A stretch of 63,975 nucleotides of DNA, the filler included, from Octopus bimaculoides (taxonomy: Eukaryota), in the NCBI RefSeq assembly GCF_001194135.2. It is 9 parts of 8 records of this genome, joined end to end, with 100 filler letters (N's around TTAATTAATTAA, not from the genome) between each part and the next. Parts side by side here need not be neighbours in the genome. Positions count along the whole stretch, not along the records: positions 60,090 to 63,975 come from NW_026384481.1; 8 more parts are not named here. One strand, given 5' to 3'. Each line of letters opens with the position of its first letter. The first letter of the stretch is position 1. Positions 63,465 to 63,975 of this stretch are shown piece after piece. The notes beneath the pieces are model-generated. The model did no database searches, was not told the DNA's origin, and saw only the letters and a list, made by a program, of their open reading frames with translations. A program made the translations under genes and the position numbers.

Positions 63465-63959
63465 TGAAGTATAATTGCCACCTAAATGTGGCTAACCTTG
63501 AAGGGTTGATGCTACTGGTAGGGCACAGACAGTGTGTCAATAGCCAGCTGGAGGGGCTATTGTAGCCCCAGTCTTCCTGGGGCTACAAGCTACAGTAGCA
63601 TCAATCCTTAAGGCTTATATAATCATCAAAATTTTAAAGTTTCATCCCAAATCACTGTAACATTTATCTATTTGTTTTGTCTTGTTTGTCCCTTCTGTGT
63701 CAGATATTATTATCTTAATAAAGAAATACATTGCCAACCGGTGGCTGTCACATACTAATGACGGGTCAATACCCAGAAACTCAGGTCCGTGTGTATTACG
63801 TCAGGCTGGAGATGGGAACGATGATTTCTCTTTGAAAATACTGATAGGGTACAGATAGTGTGTCAATAGCCAGCTGGAGGAGATGCCTTCCTGGTGCTAC
63901 AAGCTACAGTAGCATCAACCCTTAAGAGTTAGCCACATTTAGGTGGCAAATATACTTCA
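63465..63959 (+). mobile_element. ~500-bp non-coding element with terminal inverted repeats, an internal direct repeat and a hammerhead motif (retrozyme or PLE-pLTR-like)
   Basis: Inverted repeat 63465-63517 vs 63907-63959; direct repeat 63525-63611 vs 63851-63926; hammerhead at 63749-63793; homologous to 23345-23650. Confidence 0.65.
63749..63793 (+). ncRNA. Hammerhead ribozyme motif with a mutated core
   Basis: CACATA-CTAATGA-C-GGG TCAATA CCC-A-GAAAC TCAG GTC-CGTGTG. Core has G5>A; GUC triplet at 63785-63787. Confidence 0.6.
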
Positions 63960-63975
63960 TATATATATATATATA

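Overview
Eukaryotic, AT-rich, repeat-saturated animal genomic DNA from a fragmented draft assembly. It has many N gaps, eight of which carry an artificial TTAATTAATTAA spacer. The repeat families look like those of a coleoid cephalopod such as Octopus (inference from recall, not searched). The only host gene I can support is two internal + strand exons (17203-17350 and 26237-26378) of a HAD-IIA phosphatase of the PGP/PDXP family; its other exons were not found. The rest is mostly transposon debris: RTE LINEs and their (GAT)n-tailed 3' UTRs, two defective copies of a Tx1/L1-like LINE with a zinc-knuckle ORF1, CR1/L2-like relics, Penelope-like RT and GIY-YIG relics, a Gypsy-type 5' LTR with tRNA-Leu PBS and gag, a solo LTR, mariner elements and a MITE, three tRNA-derived SINE families, and microsatellites. 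Most listed ORFs are microsatellite or N artefacts. The most interesting signal is RNA-level. A ~300-bp hammerhead-ribozyme-bearing module occurs twice: directly behind ORF2 of one Tx1-like LINE, and abutting the 5' end of the other. It shares a 3' tail (20-nt motif, stem-loop, AATAAAGAAAT) with a tRNA-SINE that has a perfect 16-bp TSD, which suggests a LINE/SINE/ribozyme partnership. Several further hammerhead-like motifs and one HDV-like motif are present. All protein and RNA family assignments come from manual reading and need HMM or covariance-model confirmation.
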